Below the pieces are notes generated by a model. The model was not told the origin of the DNA. It saw only the letters and a list, made by a program, of their open reading frames with translations, and ran no database searches. Shown here in pieces: positions 51,838-62,594 of a stretch of DNA of 64,000 nucleotides. A program made the translations under genes and the position numbers. The stretch is from Nitrosopumilus sp. (GTDB lineage: Archaea; Thermoproteota; Nitrososphaeria; Nitrososphaerales; Nitrosopumilaceae), in assembly GCA_965218695.1 (NCBI GenBank), contig OZ244651.1:1952001-2016000 (forward strand). Direction: 5' to 3'. The stretch's first letter is position 1, and every line of letters starts with the position of its first letter.

Positions 51838-54800
51838 AAACACATCAATCTCCAGAATCAGGGGCATCCCAATGCCCGAACACTATCGCAAGTACTACTC
51901 GGATCTCTCGACTAGGACATATACAATATTCGAAAAGGCCGCAGAGGCAAAATCCCACCTTGTTGACTCTTCTGGGATGGTAGAACCAAAAATAGCATTT
52001 GATCTGGCTGATCGTGTAGCAAAGATGCACGACATTGACATTGCCGACCCACTCAGGAAGCTGTTGCAAACAAACGGCAAGGAGATGTCGGCACTTATAC
52101 TGTCTGAGAGGATCGCCCTTGGTAAGTACTCACCTCTAGATGCCACCCTTGAAGAGAAACTCGACCTTGCCGTACGCGTGGGCCTTGCAATTGTGACGGA
52201 GGGGGTAACGATTGCTCCCCTTCAAGGAATCAGCGAAGTTACAATTAAGAGAAACAAGGACGGCTCAGAGTACCTGTCGGTATCGATAGCCGGACCAATG
52301 CGTTCTGCGGGGGGAACCGAATCTGCCGTAACAATGTTGATTGCAGACCATGTGCGGAAAAAGGCCGGACTGTCCAAATTTCAGGCCAACTCGTTTGATG
52401 ACGAAACAGGCAGGTTTGTAGAGGAGCTGAGGATATATGAGCGGGAGGCAAGCAGTTTTCAGTTTCATGTGTTGGATCGGGACATCGAGCACGTCATATT
52501 AAACCTGCCAGTAGAACTTGACGGGGTTGACACTGATCCCTTTGAGGTGGTCAACCACAAATCCATGACCCGTATTAAGACTAATCGGGTGAGGGGCGGC
52601 GCCCTGCGCGTGTTAAACGACGGACTGATCGGCAGATCCAAGAAACTCCTTAAAAGAATAGAGCTGTACAAGTTGGATGGCTGGGAATGGCTTAAGGATC
52701 TCGAGGGCGCAGTCCAGACAGACAACAACCAAGAGGGTGCCGCCACAAAAAGAATGCGCGAGGTGATTGCAGGAAGGTCAGTACTGTCAATGTCCAACAA
52801 ACCCGGAGGGTTCCGTCTCAGGTATGGACGCGCCTGCAATACTGGCTTTGCCGCAATCGGGATACACCCTGTAATAGCAGAAATTCTAAACCACGCCATC
52901 GTAGTGGGGACGCAAATCAAAACTGACATTCCTGGAAAGGGAGCAACGGTTGCCTTTGTAGACTCCATTGAGGCTCCGACAGTACTACTCAACAACGGCA
53001 GCGTCGTCAAGATCCGGGATCTGGAGCACGGAACCAAGATAAAAAACGAGATTAAGAGAATACTACACCTTGGAGACATCCTCATATCCTTTGGTGATTT
53101 TCTTGAGAACAACGCACAACTGGTTCCATCCGGGTACGTTGAGGAGTTCTGGACGGAGGAGCTGAGGCACAGGATTGAGGCACAGGATCCTGACCGTCAG
53201 AGCATGATGCAGTTTCTCCTCAGGGCCCCGACCGTACACGAGGCAATAAAGACATCCCTTGAGTGTGGCATATCACTGCACCCCAGTTTCTTGTACTTCT
53301 GGGATCTGATCTCAACCGGGGAACTGAGAGAACTCCTTAAACCTCTGGCATTAGACGAATCCGCAATCCGATACCCCTTGGGAACAAAACGAACTCTTGA
53401 GATGTTGGGGGTACCGCACAGGCTTGACGGGGAGAATGTGGTTTTAGAGGGCACGGAGGCCACAGTGTTCCACCATCTGTTGTTCCAGAAGAAGCCGGAC
53501 GTTGATAGAGATTCGGTTCCTGAGATACTGTCCAATTCTTCAGGAATCCAAATACGGGCCAAATCCTCATGCTCCGTAGGTGTCCGTATAGGGAGGCCTG
53601 AAAAGGCCGCCGCAAGGCAGATGAAGCCTCCAACACACATGCTTTTTCCGGTAGGCGATAAAGGGGGACCCACTAGGGATCTACTTCGGGCCTCAAGAAA
53701 CGGGAACTTCTTTACCAACATCTCTAACAGACGTTGCACCGGATGCGGCCAGCTCTCGATTGGCATCAAGTGCTCTATATGTGGTACCAAGACTGCCGTT
53801 ACATACTACTGCCCAAACTGCAGGAATGTAGTGGACGGCCCGGACTGCCCAAACTGCAAACGTGCGGCTCAGACCCACTCCCATAAGGAGTTTCCGTTGA
53901 AGGCAAGACTGATGCTTGCACAGGAAAGAATGAAGATACGTGCCCGTGAACCCCTCAAGGGTGTCAAGGATTTGATTGGGCAGGATCGAATTGCCGAACC
54001 CATTGAGAAGGGGCTGGCGCGCCAGAGCTTTGGGCTTACCGTCTTCAAGGACGGAACCGTGCGGTTTGACGCCACGAACTCCCCGCTTACCCAATTCAAA
54101 CCATCCTGGGTCGGAACCTCCATTGAGAGGCTGAAAGAACTTGGATACTCCTGTGACGTGGACGGGGAGCCGTTGAGTAGTTCCGACCAGATCCTTGAAC
54201 TCCGTATGCAGGACGTAATACTTCCATACGAAAGTGGAAGCTATCTGGTCTTGGTCACCAAATACATTGACGCCCTCTTTGAGAAATTCTATGAAACCGA
54301 GCCATTCTACAACGTTAAGGATCTGCATGATCTTGTAGGCCATCTGGTGATAGGGCTGGCACCACACACCTCAGTTGGGATAGTGGGGCGCATCATTGGA
54401 TTTACCAGCACCAACGTGTGTTTTGGAACGCCCAACTGGCATTCTGCCAAGAGACGGGACGCTGATGGGGATGCCGACTCTGTCATGTTGTTGACAGACG
54501 CCCTACTCAATTTTTCAAGACTGTTTCTATCTGATCGGATAGGGGGGCTCATGGACGCGCCGCTACTCATCCAGCCCCTAGTTCTGCCCCACGAATCCCA
54601 GCCGCAGGCACACAACCTTGAGGTGATAAGGTCGTTGCCACTGGAATTCTTCGAGTCCACCCTCAAATGTACCCGTGCCTCGGATGTCTCGTCAATAGAG
54701 ATTATAAAGTCCCGCCTGGATACTGAGAGGCAGTTCTGTGATTATTTTTTTACCCACGCCACCTCATCCCTGATTACATCAAAGACGCGTAGTGCCTACT

Positions 54801-55207
54801 CGACTCTTGGATCCATGCTTGACAAGTTTGACATGCAGATAAGAAACGCCGAGTTGATTGATGCCGTGGATACAACCGAGATCGTCTCAAACGTCATATC
54901 CACCCACTTTGTTCCTGACATAGTAGGAAACCTCAGATCGTACGCCAAACAAAAATTCAGATGCACGGCATGTGGGCTTTCGTATCGGCGCGTACCACTT
55001 ACCAAGACATGCCAGTGCGGCAACGAACTGCTTCCCACCATTACAAAAGCCTCAATTGAAAAGTATCTAAAACTTGCAAAGAGGCTGGTTACCACATATG
55101 ATGTGGGCAGGTATCAGAAGGGGAGGATACATGCACTCTCAGACGAGATTGAACTGGTATTTGGGAAGAGCCGTGGGGATCAGTCCCTTCTTACCGATTA
55201 CTCCTAA
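51830..55207 (+). CDS. polD2: DNA polymerase D large subunit (DP2), no intein apparent
   Basis: AGPMRSAGGT, GGFRLRYGR, FKDGTVRFD, AKRRDADGDAD, GGLMDAPL, Cys clusters. Confidence 0.96.
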   Translation: MSENTSISRIRGIPMPEHYRKYYSDLSTRTYTIFEKAAEAKSHLVDSSGMVEPKIAFDLADRVAKMHDIDIADPLRKLLQTNGKEMSALILSERIALGKYSPLDATLEEKLDLAVRVGLAIVTEGVTIAPLQGISEVTIKRNKDGSEYLSVSIAGPMRSAGGTESAVTMLIADHVRKKAGLSKFQANSFDDETGRFVEELRIYEREASSFQFHVLDRDIEHVILNLPVELDGVDTDPFEVVNHKSMTRIKTNRVRGGALRVLNDGLIGRSKKLLKRIELYKLDGWEWLKDLEGAVQTDNNQEGAATKRMREVIAGRSVLSMSNKPGGFRLRYGRACNTGFAAIGIHPVIAEILNHAIVVGTQIKTDIPGKGATVAFVDSIEAPTVLLNNGSVVKIRDLEHGTKIKNEIKRILHLGDILISFGDFLENNAQLVPSGYVEEFWTEELRHRIEAQDPDRQSMMQFLLRAPTVHEAIKTSLECGISLHPSFLYFWDLISTGELRELLKPLALDESAIRYPLGTKRTLEMLGVPHRLDGENVVLEGTEATVFHHLLFQKKPDVDRDSVPEILSNSSGIQIRAKSSCSVGVRIGRPEKAAARQMKPPTHMLFPVGDKGGPTRDLLRASRNGNFFTNISNRRCTGCGQLSIGIKCSICGTKTAVTYYCPNCRNVVDGPDCPNCKRAAQTHSHKEFPLKARLMLAQERMKIRAREPLKGVKDLIGQDRIAEPIEKGLARQSFGLTVFKDGTVRFDATNSPLTQFKPSWVGTSIERLKELGYSCDVDGEPLSSSDQILELRMQDVILPYESGSYLVLVTKYIDALFEKFYETEPFYNVKDLHDLVGHLVIGLAPHTSVGIVGRIIGFTSTNVCFGTPNWHSAKRRDADGDADSVMLLTDALLNFSRLFLSDRIGGLMDAPLLIQPLVLPHESQPQAHNLEVIRSLPLEFFESTLKCTRASDVSSIEIIKSRLDTERQFCDYFFTHATSSLITSKTRSAYSTLGSMLDKFDMQIRNAELIDAVDTTEIVSNVISTHFVPDIVGNLRSYAKQKFRCTACGLSYRRVPLTKTCQCGNELLPTITKASIEKYLKLAKRLVTTYDVGRYQKGRIHALSDEIELVFGKSRGDQSLLTDYS

Positions 55208-55306
55208 CCATGATGATGCTTGGGGTGACTAGGTGTACGTTGTCTGCTCAAAAAACCCGGCTGCTACAACCCCCGTTTACCGGGGACCATTACAACAACT
55301 GCCCGT

Positions 55307-56626
55307 TTATCTCAGCTTGACGTACTCGTAGGCGCCAAGACCGTTGTTAAAACAGAACCTGACCCTCTGATAGTCTCTTCTGAACGCCTTAATCTTTGGG
55401 CGTATCTTCTTTGGATCCTTTCGGTCTATCACTACCTGCTTGATGAATGAGGCAATCTCCTGCATCTGTTCCTTCCTCATTCCGAGGCGGGTGATCTCTG
55501 ATACCCCGAGCCTGATTCCGCCCGGATGGAAGTAGTTTCTCCCCGCCTTTATGTCTCCTGGAATGAGCTGCCTGTTCACTATTATGTTGGCCTTCTCCAA
55601 CTCGGCCTCGACCAACCCCCCATCTGAGTAGTCTAGAACGTTGACTGCAATCTGGTGTGACTCTGTAAAACCCCTGTTCTCACCAAGCACCTTGAGTCCT
55701 GCATTGCTGAGTGATTCTGCAAGCACCCTTGCATTTTTTATAACCTGGTCTGCATACTTTGTCCCAAACTCCAGAGCCTCTGCAAAGGCGACTGCCTTTC
55801 CTGCCATGTTGTTGATGTGATGGCTACTTGTAAGACCCGGGAACACCGTCTTCTTTATGGCCTCCTCATGCATCTTGGAGCCCAAGATCAACCCGCCCTG
55901 GGGCCCAAACAAGGTTTTGTGCGTGCTCATGGTCATGGTGTCTGCACCCTCTCTGAGCGGATCCTGAAACCTGCGGCCGGCTATCAGTCCTGCAACATGG
56001 GCAGCATCATAATTGATGTGGATGTTGTGACTCTTTAGAACATCTGACAGTTCTCTGACCGGGTGTGGAAACAAGAAGAGTGAACCGCCAAACATTGCAA
56101 TCTTTGGAAGGCAACCGTCCTTATCCAACCGCGCGATCTTCTTCTTTGTCTTGTCAACATCAATCGTCATCTCCTCTGCGTCAAATGGATAAAACTCGAT
56201 CTCTAACCCGTGTACCAGCCCCGCGGTCCCTGAATGCTCCCTCTTGCCATGTGATATGTGACCTCCGGCAGGAATGGACGGTGCCAGCATTACATCTCCC
56301 GGATCTGAGTACGCCGAATAGATGGCAAGGTTTGCAATGACGCCTGAGATTGGCCTGACATCTGCAAATTCGGCCCTGTAGAGTTTCTTTGCCAGATCCG
56401 TACACTCTACCTCCACCTCGTCGATGTAGGTGCATCCGGCATAGACCCTCTCCCCGGGCCACCCCTCTGCGTATCTGTTGCCAAAGTCAGAGACCACTGC
56501 CTCCCGTACAGCCGGGCTGGGGACGTTCTCACTTGCAATTAACGGGATCGATTCTTCAAACCACCTGTGGTGCTTCTTTAACTTTGAGAAGATCCTGTTG
56601 TATGACTCCCTGTTCTGGCTTACCAC
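55307..56626 (-). CDS. glyA: Serine hydroxymethyltransferase
   Basis: LIASEN, YAEG, GGHISH, DAAH, STHKTLFGPQGG. Confidence 0.95.
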   Translation of the reverse strand: MVSQNRESYNRIFSKLKKHHRWFEESIPLIASENVPSPAVREAVVSDFGNRYAEGWPGERVYAGCTYIDEVEVECTDLAKKLYRAEFADVRPISGVIANLAIYSAYSDPGDVMLAPSIPAGGHISHGKREHSGTAGLVHGLEIEFYPFDAEEMTIDVDKTKKKIARLDKDGCLPKIAMFGGSLFLFPHPVRELSDVLKSHNIHINYDAAHVAGLIAGRRFQDPLREGADTMTMSTHKTLFGPQGGLILGSKMHEEAIKKTVFPGLTSSHHINNMAGKAVAFAEALEFGTKYADQVIKNARVLAESLSNAGLKVLGENRGFTESHQIAVNVLDYSDGGLVEAELEKANIIVNRQLIPGDIKAGRNYFHPGGIRLGVSEITRLGMRKEQMQEIASFIKQVVIDRKDPKKIRPKIKAFRRDYQRVRFCFNNGLGAYEYVKLR

Positions 56627-56709
56627 ACACGCCCATGTAATGACTCCCAATTTAAAAACACCGTCGCGAGACTGGAATACGGACCACACGTTACGCCTCT
56701 GGCCATAAT

Positions 56710-58041
56710 TTACTTCATTGTCACGAATCCGCCTCCTGTAGGTGCCGGAGGCGGCATGCGCTTGGTTCTGCCCAACCCCATGGTTGTGATGACCACCGAC
56801 GAGAGGATGATAAAGAATATGATCTGCGGATATGCCTCTGCATTGGGCAGGCCTAGGGTTACAGGATATGTGGCAAGTACGGCAGCTGCCAACCCCCTTG
56901 GAATCATCGATGTTGTTACCGCCTTGTCCAGCCTTGAGAACCTCTTTGTCAGGGTAATCCGGACGATTATCGACCGCCCAAGGTAGACTGCCACCGTAAT
57001 CAGAACCCCAAATATGACATACTCTATTTGTCCAAAACTTGCCATCAACCCCACAAACACAAAGAAGAACGATCTTATCAGAAACGTCAGCTGATTGTGC
57101 GTGGGATTGTCCGTCTCGATCTTTGGAAGTTTGAACCTGAGAACCCGAGCAAGATGGCTCTTGTTTCCAAGCATCAGGCCAAACACCAGCGCCGTCAACG
57201 CCCCGGACTCTCCAAACGAGGTTGCAAAGAAGAACAGGACAAACAGAATCCCCAAGGTAAGCATGTAGGCGTGCTGGGCATTTCCAAGCTTCGTGGTTAT
57301 GTACATCCAGGGAATCCCCACACCCAACCCCAAGGCCAGGCCCACTACGATTGCCCTCCCAAACGTATCCTGTATGGTCTGCGGGTCAAACTGTCCTGCA
57401 AGCACGGCCTCAAAGAGGACGAACGCAATTATCGTGGCCAGAATATCAGTCAGTGCCGATTCGAAGCTGAGCATGGACTTTGTCTCCTCTCCAATCTTGA
57501 TGTTCCTGACAAGACCGAAGACTATGACCGAGCTGCTTCCGCCTACGATGGAGCCCAGCAGAATGCTGTCCAGAATGGGCCACGCCAGAATGTAAAAGGC
57601 AGCAGCAGTAATCATGACCACTGACAGGACAAAACCCAGAACCGCCAGAACCACTGAAAAATGCGCAGTCTTGACTACGTGCTTGATGTCAAGATTCAAT
57701 CCCCCGTCAAACATTATGATTATCAGGGCAAGTGCGGCAAAATAAGGCACAATCTGGATGACAGCATCCGGCCCGATTATTCCAAGGACCGGCCCGATCA
57801 ACACCCCGAGGATCATCAGGAATACGACGTCTGGGATTCCCGTCTTCTTGAAGAACGCCTCGCCTGCAACCCCCAGAAGAATCACGACCCCTGCAGTAAG
57901 CAGCAGCACCTCGGCTGAGGCTATCTGTCCGTTCTGGATCGTCAGCGATTCCACCGTACCGCGCAGATCCGCAACCCTGTCTAGGATCATGTCCACACCT
58001 ATGTCTGGCAGTTGGATCCTCTCAACCTGTTCACTTATCAT
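56710..58041 (-). CDS. Cation:proton antiporter (CPA1/NhaP-like)
   Basis: Many TMs, FDGGL, FESALTD, PRGLAAA. Confidence 0.88.
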   Translation of the reverse strand: MISEQVERIQLPDIGVDMILDRVADLRGTVESLTIQNGQIASAEVLLLTAGVVILLGVAGEAFFKKTGIPDVVFLMILGVLIGPVLGIIGPDAVIQIVPYFAALALIIIMFDGGLNLDIKHVVKTAHFSVVLAVLGFVLSVVMITAAAFYILAWPILDSILLGSIVGGSSSVIVFGLVRNIKIGEETKSMLSFESALTDILATIIAFVLFEAVLAGQFDPQTIQDTFGRAIVVGLALGLGVGIPWMYITTKLGNAQHAYMLTLGILFVLFFFATSFGESGALTALVFGLMLGNKSHLARVLRFKLPKIETDNPTHNQLTFLIRSFFFVFVGLMASFGQIEYVIFGVLITVAVYLGRSIIVRITLTKRFSRLDKAVTTSMIPRGLAAAVLATYPVTLGLPNAEAYPQIIFFIILSSVVITTMGLGRTKRMPPPAPTGGGFVTMK

Positions 58042-58210
58042 ACCAAGAACTGTTAGGATTGTAGGATTCAACAGCTGTACCCGCACAGGTGCCGATAAAA
58101 ACCAAACCCCGTTTACGCCAGCATGAATCTGTGCGTGCACCCACAGATCTGTTGCCGGCCCGTCCTGACTGCGATACAGATAAAGTCAACTGCGCCGATG
58201 CACGTGTCAA

Positions 58211-58753
58211 TTGAGCGCTACAGAGACACTGAGGGAGGATCACCGGCAGATTAAACGCCTAGACAGGATCATTATTAGGTGTTATACGGAGCTTTATGCA
58301 GGCAGGGAGATTCCCCTAGCAGACATTGAAAGGATTGCAAAGATAATAGATGACTTTCTAGACTCAATTCACTATTCAAGGGAGGAGGACGCATACTTTC
58401 CGTGTGTTGCAAGCTACGACCGCCTCAAAAACGAGATTAGGGGATTGCTCATAGAACACGAATTCTCTAGGCGCATCGCTGCGAAGATTAAGAAACACCT
58501 CCGGGCTTGGAGGGAAGGAACGGATGCAAGGGAACCTGTGGCAAGATACCTTAAGACATACTCCGTATATCTGGCAGACCACATGGCCAAGGAGGAGGCC
58601 TTCTTTGACAGGGCCGCATCAGAGGTTCTCTCAAAGGAGGAGGAGTACGACATGTATGATCAGTTCAAGTCAGTCATGGCAGTATCAGTTGGCGTGGATG
58701 CGATGATCAGGGAAATAGAATATCTGGAGACGCTGCCCTGGACCCGTAACTAG
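58211..58753 (+). CDS. Hemerythrin-domain protein
   Basis: LREDH, HYSREE..FP, EHE, HMAKEE. Confidence 0.85.
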   Translation: MSATETLREDHRQIKRLDRIIIRCYTELYAGREIPLADIERIAKIIDDFLDSIHYSREEDAYFPCVASYDRLKNEIRGLLIEHEFSRRIAAKIKKHLRAWREGTDAREPVARYLKTYSVYLADHMAKEEAFFDRAASEVLSKEEEYDMYDQFKSVMAVSVGVDAMIREIEYLETLPWTRN

Positions 58754-58790
58754 CGCAAACTCTTTATGGGCTGTTTTGGGACTCGTTCCC

Positions 58791-59306
58791 ATGAAACCCT
58801 TCGTTCTCTGGATGACCGGCCTGCCATGCTCCGGCAAGACCACCATTGTAAAGGATCTGCAAAAGGACATTCCAAACCTTGCAATGCTTGACGGGGACGA
58901 GCTTCGGGAATGGTTCTCCCCCAAGGACTTTTCAAAGGCCGGACGGGACGAACACAACAAGCGGGTTGCGCACCTAGCAAAACTGCTGCTAAAGCACGGG
59001 GTTCCAAGCGTAGTCTCCCTGGTGTCCCCGTACTTAGAGAACAGATCAAGTGCTAGGTCGATTGTGGATGCAGGCAACCAGTTTGCCGAATGCTATGTGA
59101 AATGCTCGCTTGAAAAATGTGAGGAGAGAGATGTCAAGGGTATGTACGCCAAGGCAAGAAGAGGAGAGATCAAAGGGTTTACCGGAATTGATGACCCATA
59201 CGAGGCTCCGGAGAATGCCGACCTCGTAGTTGACACCGAACACGAGCCCCTCTCAGACAGCGCAGACAGGGTAAGAGGCTTTCTCAGTGAGAGAGGCCTG
59301 CTTTGA
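58791..59306 (+). CDS. cysC: Adenylyl-sulfate kinase
   Basis: WMTGLPCSGKTT, LDGD, RDVKGMY, FTGIDDPYE. Confidence 0.94.
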   Translation: MKPFVLWMTGLPCSGKTTIVKDLQKDIPNLAMLDGDELREWFSPKDFSKAGRDEHNKRVAHLAKLLLKHGVPSVVSLVSPYLENRSSARSIVDAGNQFAECYVKCSLEKCEERDVKGMYAKARRGEIKGFTGIDDPYEAPENADLVVDTEHEPLSDSADRVRGFLSERGLL

Positions 59307-60108
59307 AATCCTTTAGAATCCTTTCATGAATTAGTCCGTTTGTAACCAGAATTCCGTTTCGATGCCGCACATCCATGTTGTTGTACGTGATGTCGTTCCC
59401 TGACATGTCAGTCATCCTTCCCCCGGCCTCCAATATGATGCAGTACGATGCCGCAGTGTCCCACTCCTTCATCATGGTAGTGGTGGTAATGTATGCCTCG
59501 GCCAGGCCTGAGCCGATCTTTGCAACCTTTAGCGAGCTGCCAACACTTGTAAAGTTATCAATGCCCAGACTCCCGATAAACGCCTTCTCAGCCGGGGACA
59601 GGTGGTGCCTTGAGCCCACCGCCCTGCACTCTGAGATATCTGAGATGGCAGTAACCGACATCCTCTCCCATGCCCCTTTAGAGCAGTACCTGTATGCGCC
59701 ACACCCCCCCTGTGCCACAAACAAAGCCCCTTCTGCAGGCCAGCTGATCACCCCCAGCACCGGCAGCCCATTCCTTACCAGCGCGATCATCACCGTAAAC
59801 TCGCCGGTCCTGTCGACAAAATCCGAAGTCCCGTCGAGCGGATCCACTATCCAAACCGTATCCTCTGAAAGTCTCTGCGGATCATCTGCATCCTCCTCAG
59901 AAAGTATCACGTGTCCGGTCTGCCTGAGAACCCCCTTGATAACCTCATTGCTTGCAAGATCAGCCTCGGTAACCGGGGAATTATCCGCCTTTGTCGATAC
60001 TGCAAAGTCCCCCCGATAGATCTCCATGATAATGCCCCCTGCCCTGACTGCAGCCTCCACGGCAGCGTCAAGATCCGGGATCCGGTCTGGCAGCGGCAGG
60101 CCTGACAA
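59284..60108 (-). CDS. cysQ: 3'(2'),5'-bisphosphate nucleotidase
   Basis: SPVTEAD, LSEE, VDPLDGT, GSSLK, EWDTAA; start inferred. Confidence 0.88.
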   Translation of the reverse strand: MSGLPLPDRIPDLDAAVEAAVRAGGIIMEIYRGDFAVSTKADNSPVTEADLASNEVIKGVLRQTGHVILSEEDADDPQRLSEDTVWIVDPLDGTSDFVDRTGEFTVMIALVRNGLPVLGVISWPAEGALFVAQGGCGAYRYCSKGAWERMSVTAISDISECRAVGSRHHLSPAEKAFIGSLGIDNFTSVGSSLKVAKIGSGLAEAYITTTTMMKEWDTAASYCIILEAGGRMTDMSGNDITYNNMDVRHRNGILVTNGLIHERILKDFKAGLSH

Positions 60109-60116
60109 GATCTTCC

Positions 60117-60323
60117 CTAGGTCGTCAGTTCCGGTTTTAGCGTCCATACCACTCCCAGCACGATGAACGGAATCGACATGATTCCTATGATGCCAAGTAT
60201 TGTGTTAAACTGAGGTGCCGACACCTCTGGATTGTTGATGATCCACGGCAACGGCAGGGTGATTATCACCCAGATGATCCCCAAAAGTATTATCAGCTTG
60301 ACCTTTGCCTTTCTGTCCTTCAC
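60117..60323 (-). CDS. Small two-TM membrane protein
   Basis: Two hydrophobic helices. Confidence 0.65.
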   Translation of the reverse strand: MKDRKAKVKLIILLGIIWVIITLPLPWIINNPEVSAPQFNTILGIIGIMSIPFIVLGVVWTLKPELTT

Positions 60324-60573
60324 AGCACCTCTAGCACACAAGCTGTATTAAATTCATGTTCATTGGCAGATCTTTTGGAACCCCTATCCCGGGATGCGTC
60401 TGCCAGATCTGCCATCGATTTCCTGCCATTCCGGGCGATCCTGCAACATGCGTGTTATGGCATGTAATTTACACCCCATTACCTAGAAACGAACCCAAAA
60501 CATCCAATAAAGTTATTAAAAAATTGAAATTTATTTAACTAAACCTTAAATAGTTAAAATTCCTATACATGTT

Positions 60574-60698
60574 GATGCCGATGGATGCAACTTCTATCGA
60601 CTAACCCGGCGTAGCCCCGCAGAACAAAAAGGCGCTCAGAGTATCTGACAGCAAGAGGAAATCTCTTAAAGTTCTGCCGTGAAGGGGGTACGCCTCTT
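60574..60698 (+). ncRNA. Structured ncRNA, resembling the HgcC family (from memory)
   Basis: TATA TTAAATA at 60546; helices GGCGTA.CCCC/GGGG.TACGCC and GCAGAAC/GTTCTGC; hairpins TCAGA-GTA-TCTGA and AAGAG-GAAAT-CTCTT. Confidence 0.65.
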
Positions 60699-61125
60699 AT
60701 TTCTTCAAAATGTCTACAGAGACCGCACCGTTTACGTCCCCGTTTGGATCAACAACTATTACCATCTTCCCACCAATTGGAATTGAAACGGTCTTCTGTC
60801 CGTCATAGTCCCAGGTAAAGTACTCTGAGATGCCTGTCTCCTGCAGCGTGCTCCTGAGCCTGAACTCCTCGTGGAAGTCAAGATCCTCCCCGATTAGCAT
60901 TATCGACAGGATCTCCGGACTACTCCCGTTTGGAACGAACCCAAAGACATACTCCCCGCTATCTGCTGTAAACGAGTTGGTGAAGACACCGTTCTTGTAC
61001 AGGCTGGGGTCTGCGAGGGTCGCATGAAACACGGCCTTGCTTTTGTCAGGTGAGTCTAGCGAGCTACCACTTACTATGGCGATTACGGCTATGACTGCCA
61101 GCGGAATTATTATCTTCCTGTCCAT
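60697..61125 (-). CDS. Secreted/membrane-anchored hypothetical protein
   Basis: N-terminal hydrophobic helix, beta-rich domain. Confidence 0.65.
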   Translation of the reverse strand: MDRKIIIPLAVIAVIAIVSGSSLDSPDKSKAVFHATLADPSLYKNGVFTNSFTADSGEYVFGFVPNGSSPEILSIMLIGEDLDFHEEFRLRSTLQETGISEYFTWDYDGQKTVSIPIGGKMVIVVDPNGDVNGAVSVDILKK

Positions 61126-61579
61126 GGGATCAGTCAGGCGCAATATTATAAAAACGAACTTTGAATTGTTACGTGCTTTTACGCCTTGGTGCCGGCCAGA
61201 AATTTATGTGATTCCACACCACGCATCCGGGGTCTCAAACCCAACTGCCCGTTTATAATGGAACGTTGCAGGGAACGCCTTGCCAGATCTTCAAACCGTT
61301 CTGTGCATTTGGGACTCTTCAAAATCGTGGATCTTAGACAAAACTCATCCAACCAATATGCGTCAGATTACCTTATTTGAACAGAGCCGCATTTGGGGTG
61401 GCGTACAGGGCATGCCCCAAATTACTCCCAGAACTGCAGGCCTCATGCCGTGGCATGTCCGTCAGGCCTAGCCGTTCACGTACACCCCCGTGACGCTGCC
61501 CATTCTTGTTAGTGAAATTTTATGTACTGTTAATCAATATTTACACCTGAAATTAAGTACGAACTACACGACCGTGATC

Positions 61580-62227
61580 ATGCCCAGTATGAGCGATAAG
61601 TGGTCAAAGCAACCAAAGCCAAGCATGTCCGATAAGATTAGTGATACCTTAAAACCCAAAGGTCCCCTGAAACCACGGGTTCAGCGCGCAATTGGCAAGC
61701 TACGACTGCAGACAAAGAAATTGGATTCCATGCTTGGTAACCTGCAGGAGCGTGATACAAAACTCTTCAAGAGAATTGTAGAGGCAACGCAAAAACACGA
61801 TGTCCAGACCAGCAGGGTTCTTGGAAACGAGCTGGCCGAGATCAGAAAGGTCACAAAGATTCTAAGCAGTGCCCGAATTGCGCTGGAGCAGATCGAACTG
61901 CGTCTTACTACCTGCCAAGATCTTGGAGACACGGTGGTGGCAATCATGCCAACGATAGGCCTTATGAAAAACCTGAAGACGTCCCTAGGAAAGGTAATGC
62001 CCGGGGCCGAACGGGAGATTGGCCAGATGGCAGACATGCTTGGTGGCTTCATGACTGAGAGTTTTGCAGGCGATGCCACGTTCGGACTTGACGATTCAAC
62101 CAACATCGAATCCGAAAACATCCTCAAGGAGGCTGCCGCCGTTGCTGAAAGTTCTACCAGCCAGATGTTCCCGTCGGTTCCATCCGAAACTGCCGGTAAG
62201 GCAAACTCGCTCAACTCCGAATATTAA
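61580..62227 (+). CDS. CdvB / ESCRT-III (Snf7) paralogue
   Basis: Coiled coil ELAEIRK..ALEQIELRLTT..LGD; ILKEAAAVAE..FPSVP tail. Confidence 0.88.
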   Translation: MPSMSDKWSKQPKPSMSDKISDTLKPKGPLKPRVQRAIGKLRLQTKKLDSMLGNLQERDTKLFKRIVEATQKHDVQTSRVLGNELAEIRKVTKILSSARIALEQIELRLTTCQDLGDTVVAIMPTIGLMKNLKTSLGKVMPGAEREIGQMADMLGGFMTESFAGDATFGLDDSTNIESENILKEAAAVAESSTSQMFPSVPSETAGKANSLNSEY

Positions 62228-62367
62228 ATTCTGTCCGTGCCATACTGGTTCCTCCCGAATGCACAGGCTGGTACCTGTCTGATTTACAGTTCCCAGAATG
62301 GCCGCCCTGGCTGCTCAGGATCGGCACCATCATAAACTTCATATACATTTTCCCAACAACATTGAGC

Positions 62368-62562
62368 ATGGCCTCCAAGGCAATTACGGCAGGTGTGGGA
62401 ATTCCAATGATTGTGGTGGGTGCGTTAATGGCTTGGCTGTGGGCACCTACAAGTGCCGACCTTCAAAACCAGGTAGAGCTTGTGGGAAGCACAATCGGAA
62501 TTTTGGGAGTCGTGTTCTTCATCTCCGGACTCTTCTATTCAAAAGAACCTGTAATGCATTAG
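62368..62562 (+). CDS. Small two-TM membrane protein
   Basis: Two hydrophobic helices. Confidence 0.65.
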   Translation: MASKAITAGVGIPMIVVGALMAWLWAPTSADLQNQVELVGSTIGILGVVFFISGLFYSKEPVMH

Positions 62563-62594
62563 GTACATAACCGAGTAGCCTTCAAACACATTAC

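Noticed and set aside
51830-55207. Intein in PolD DP2
   Set aside because: About 1125 aa is a normal length and no intein boundary motifs are evident.
61391-61470. Two short hairpins upstream of cdvB
   Set aside because: Stems of 6-10 bp are compatible with chance; no other support.
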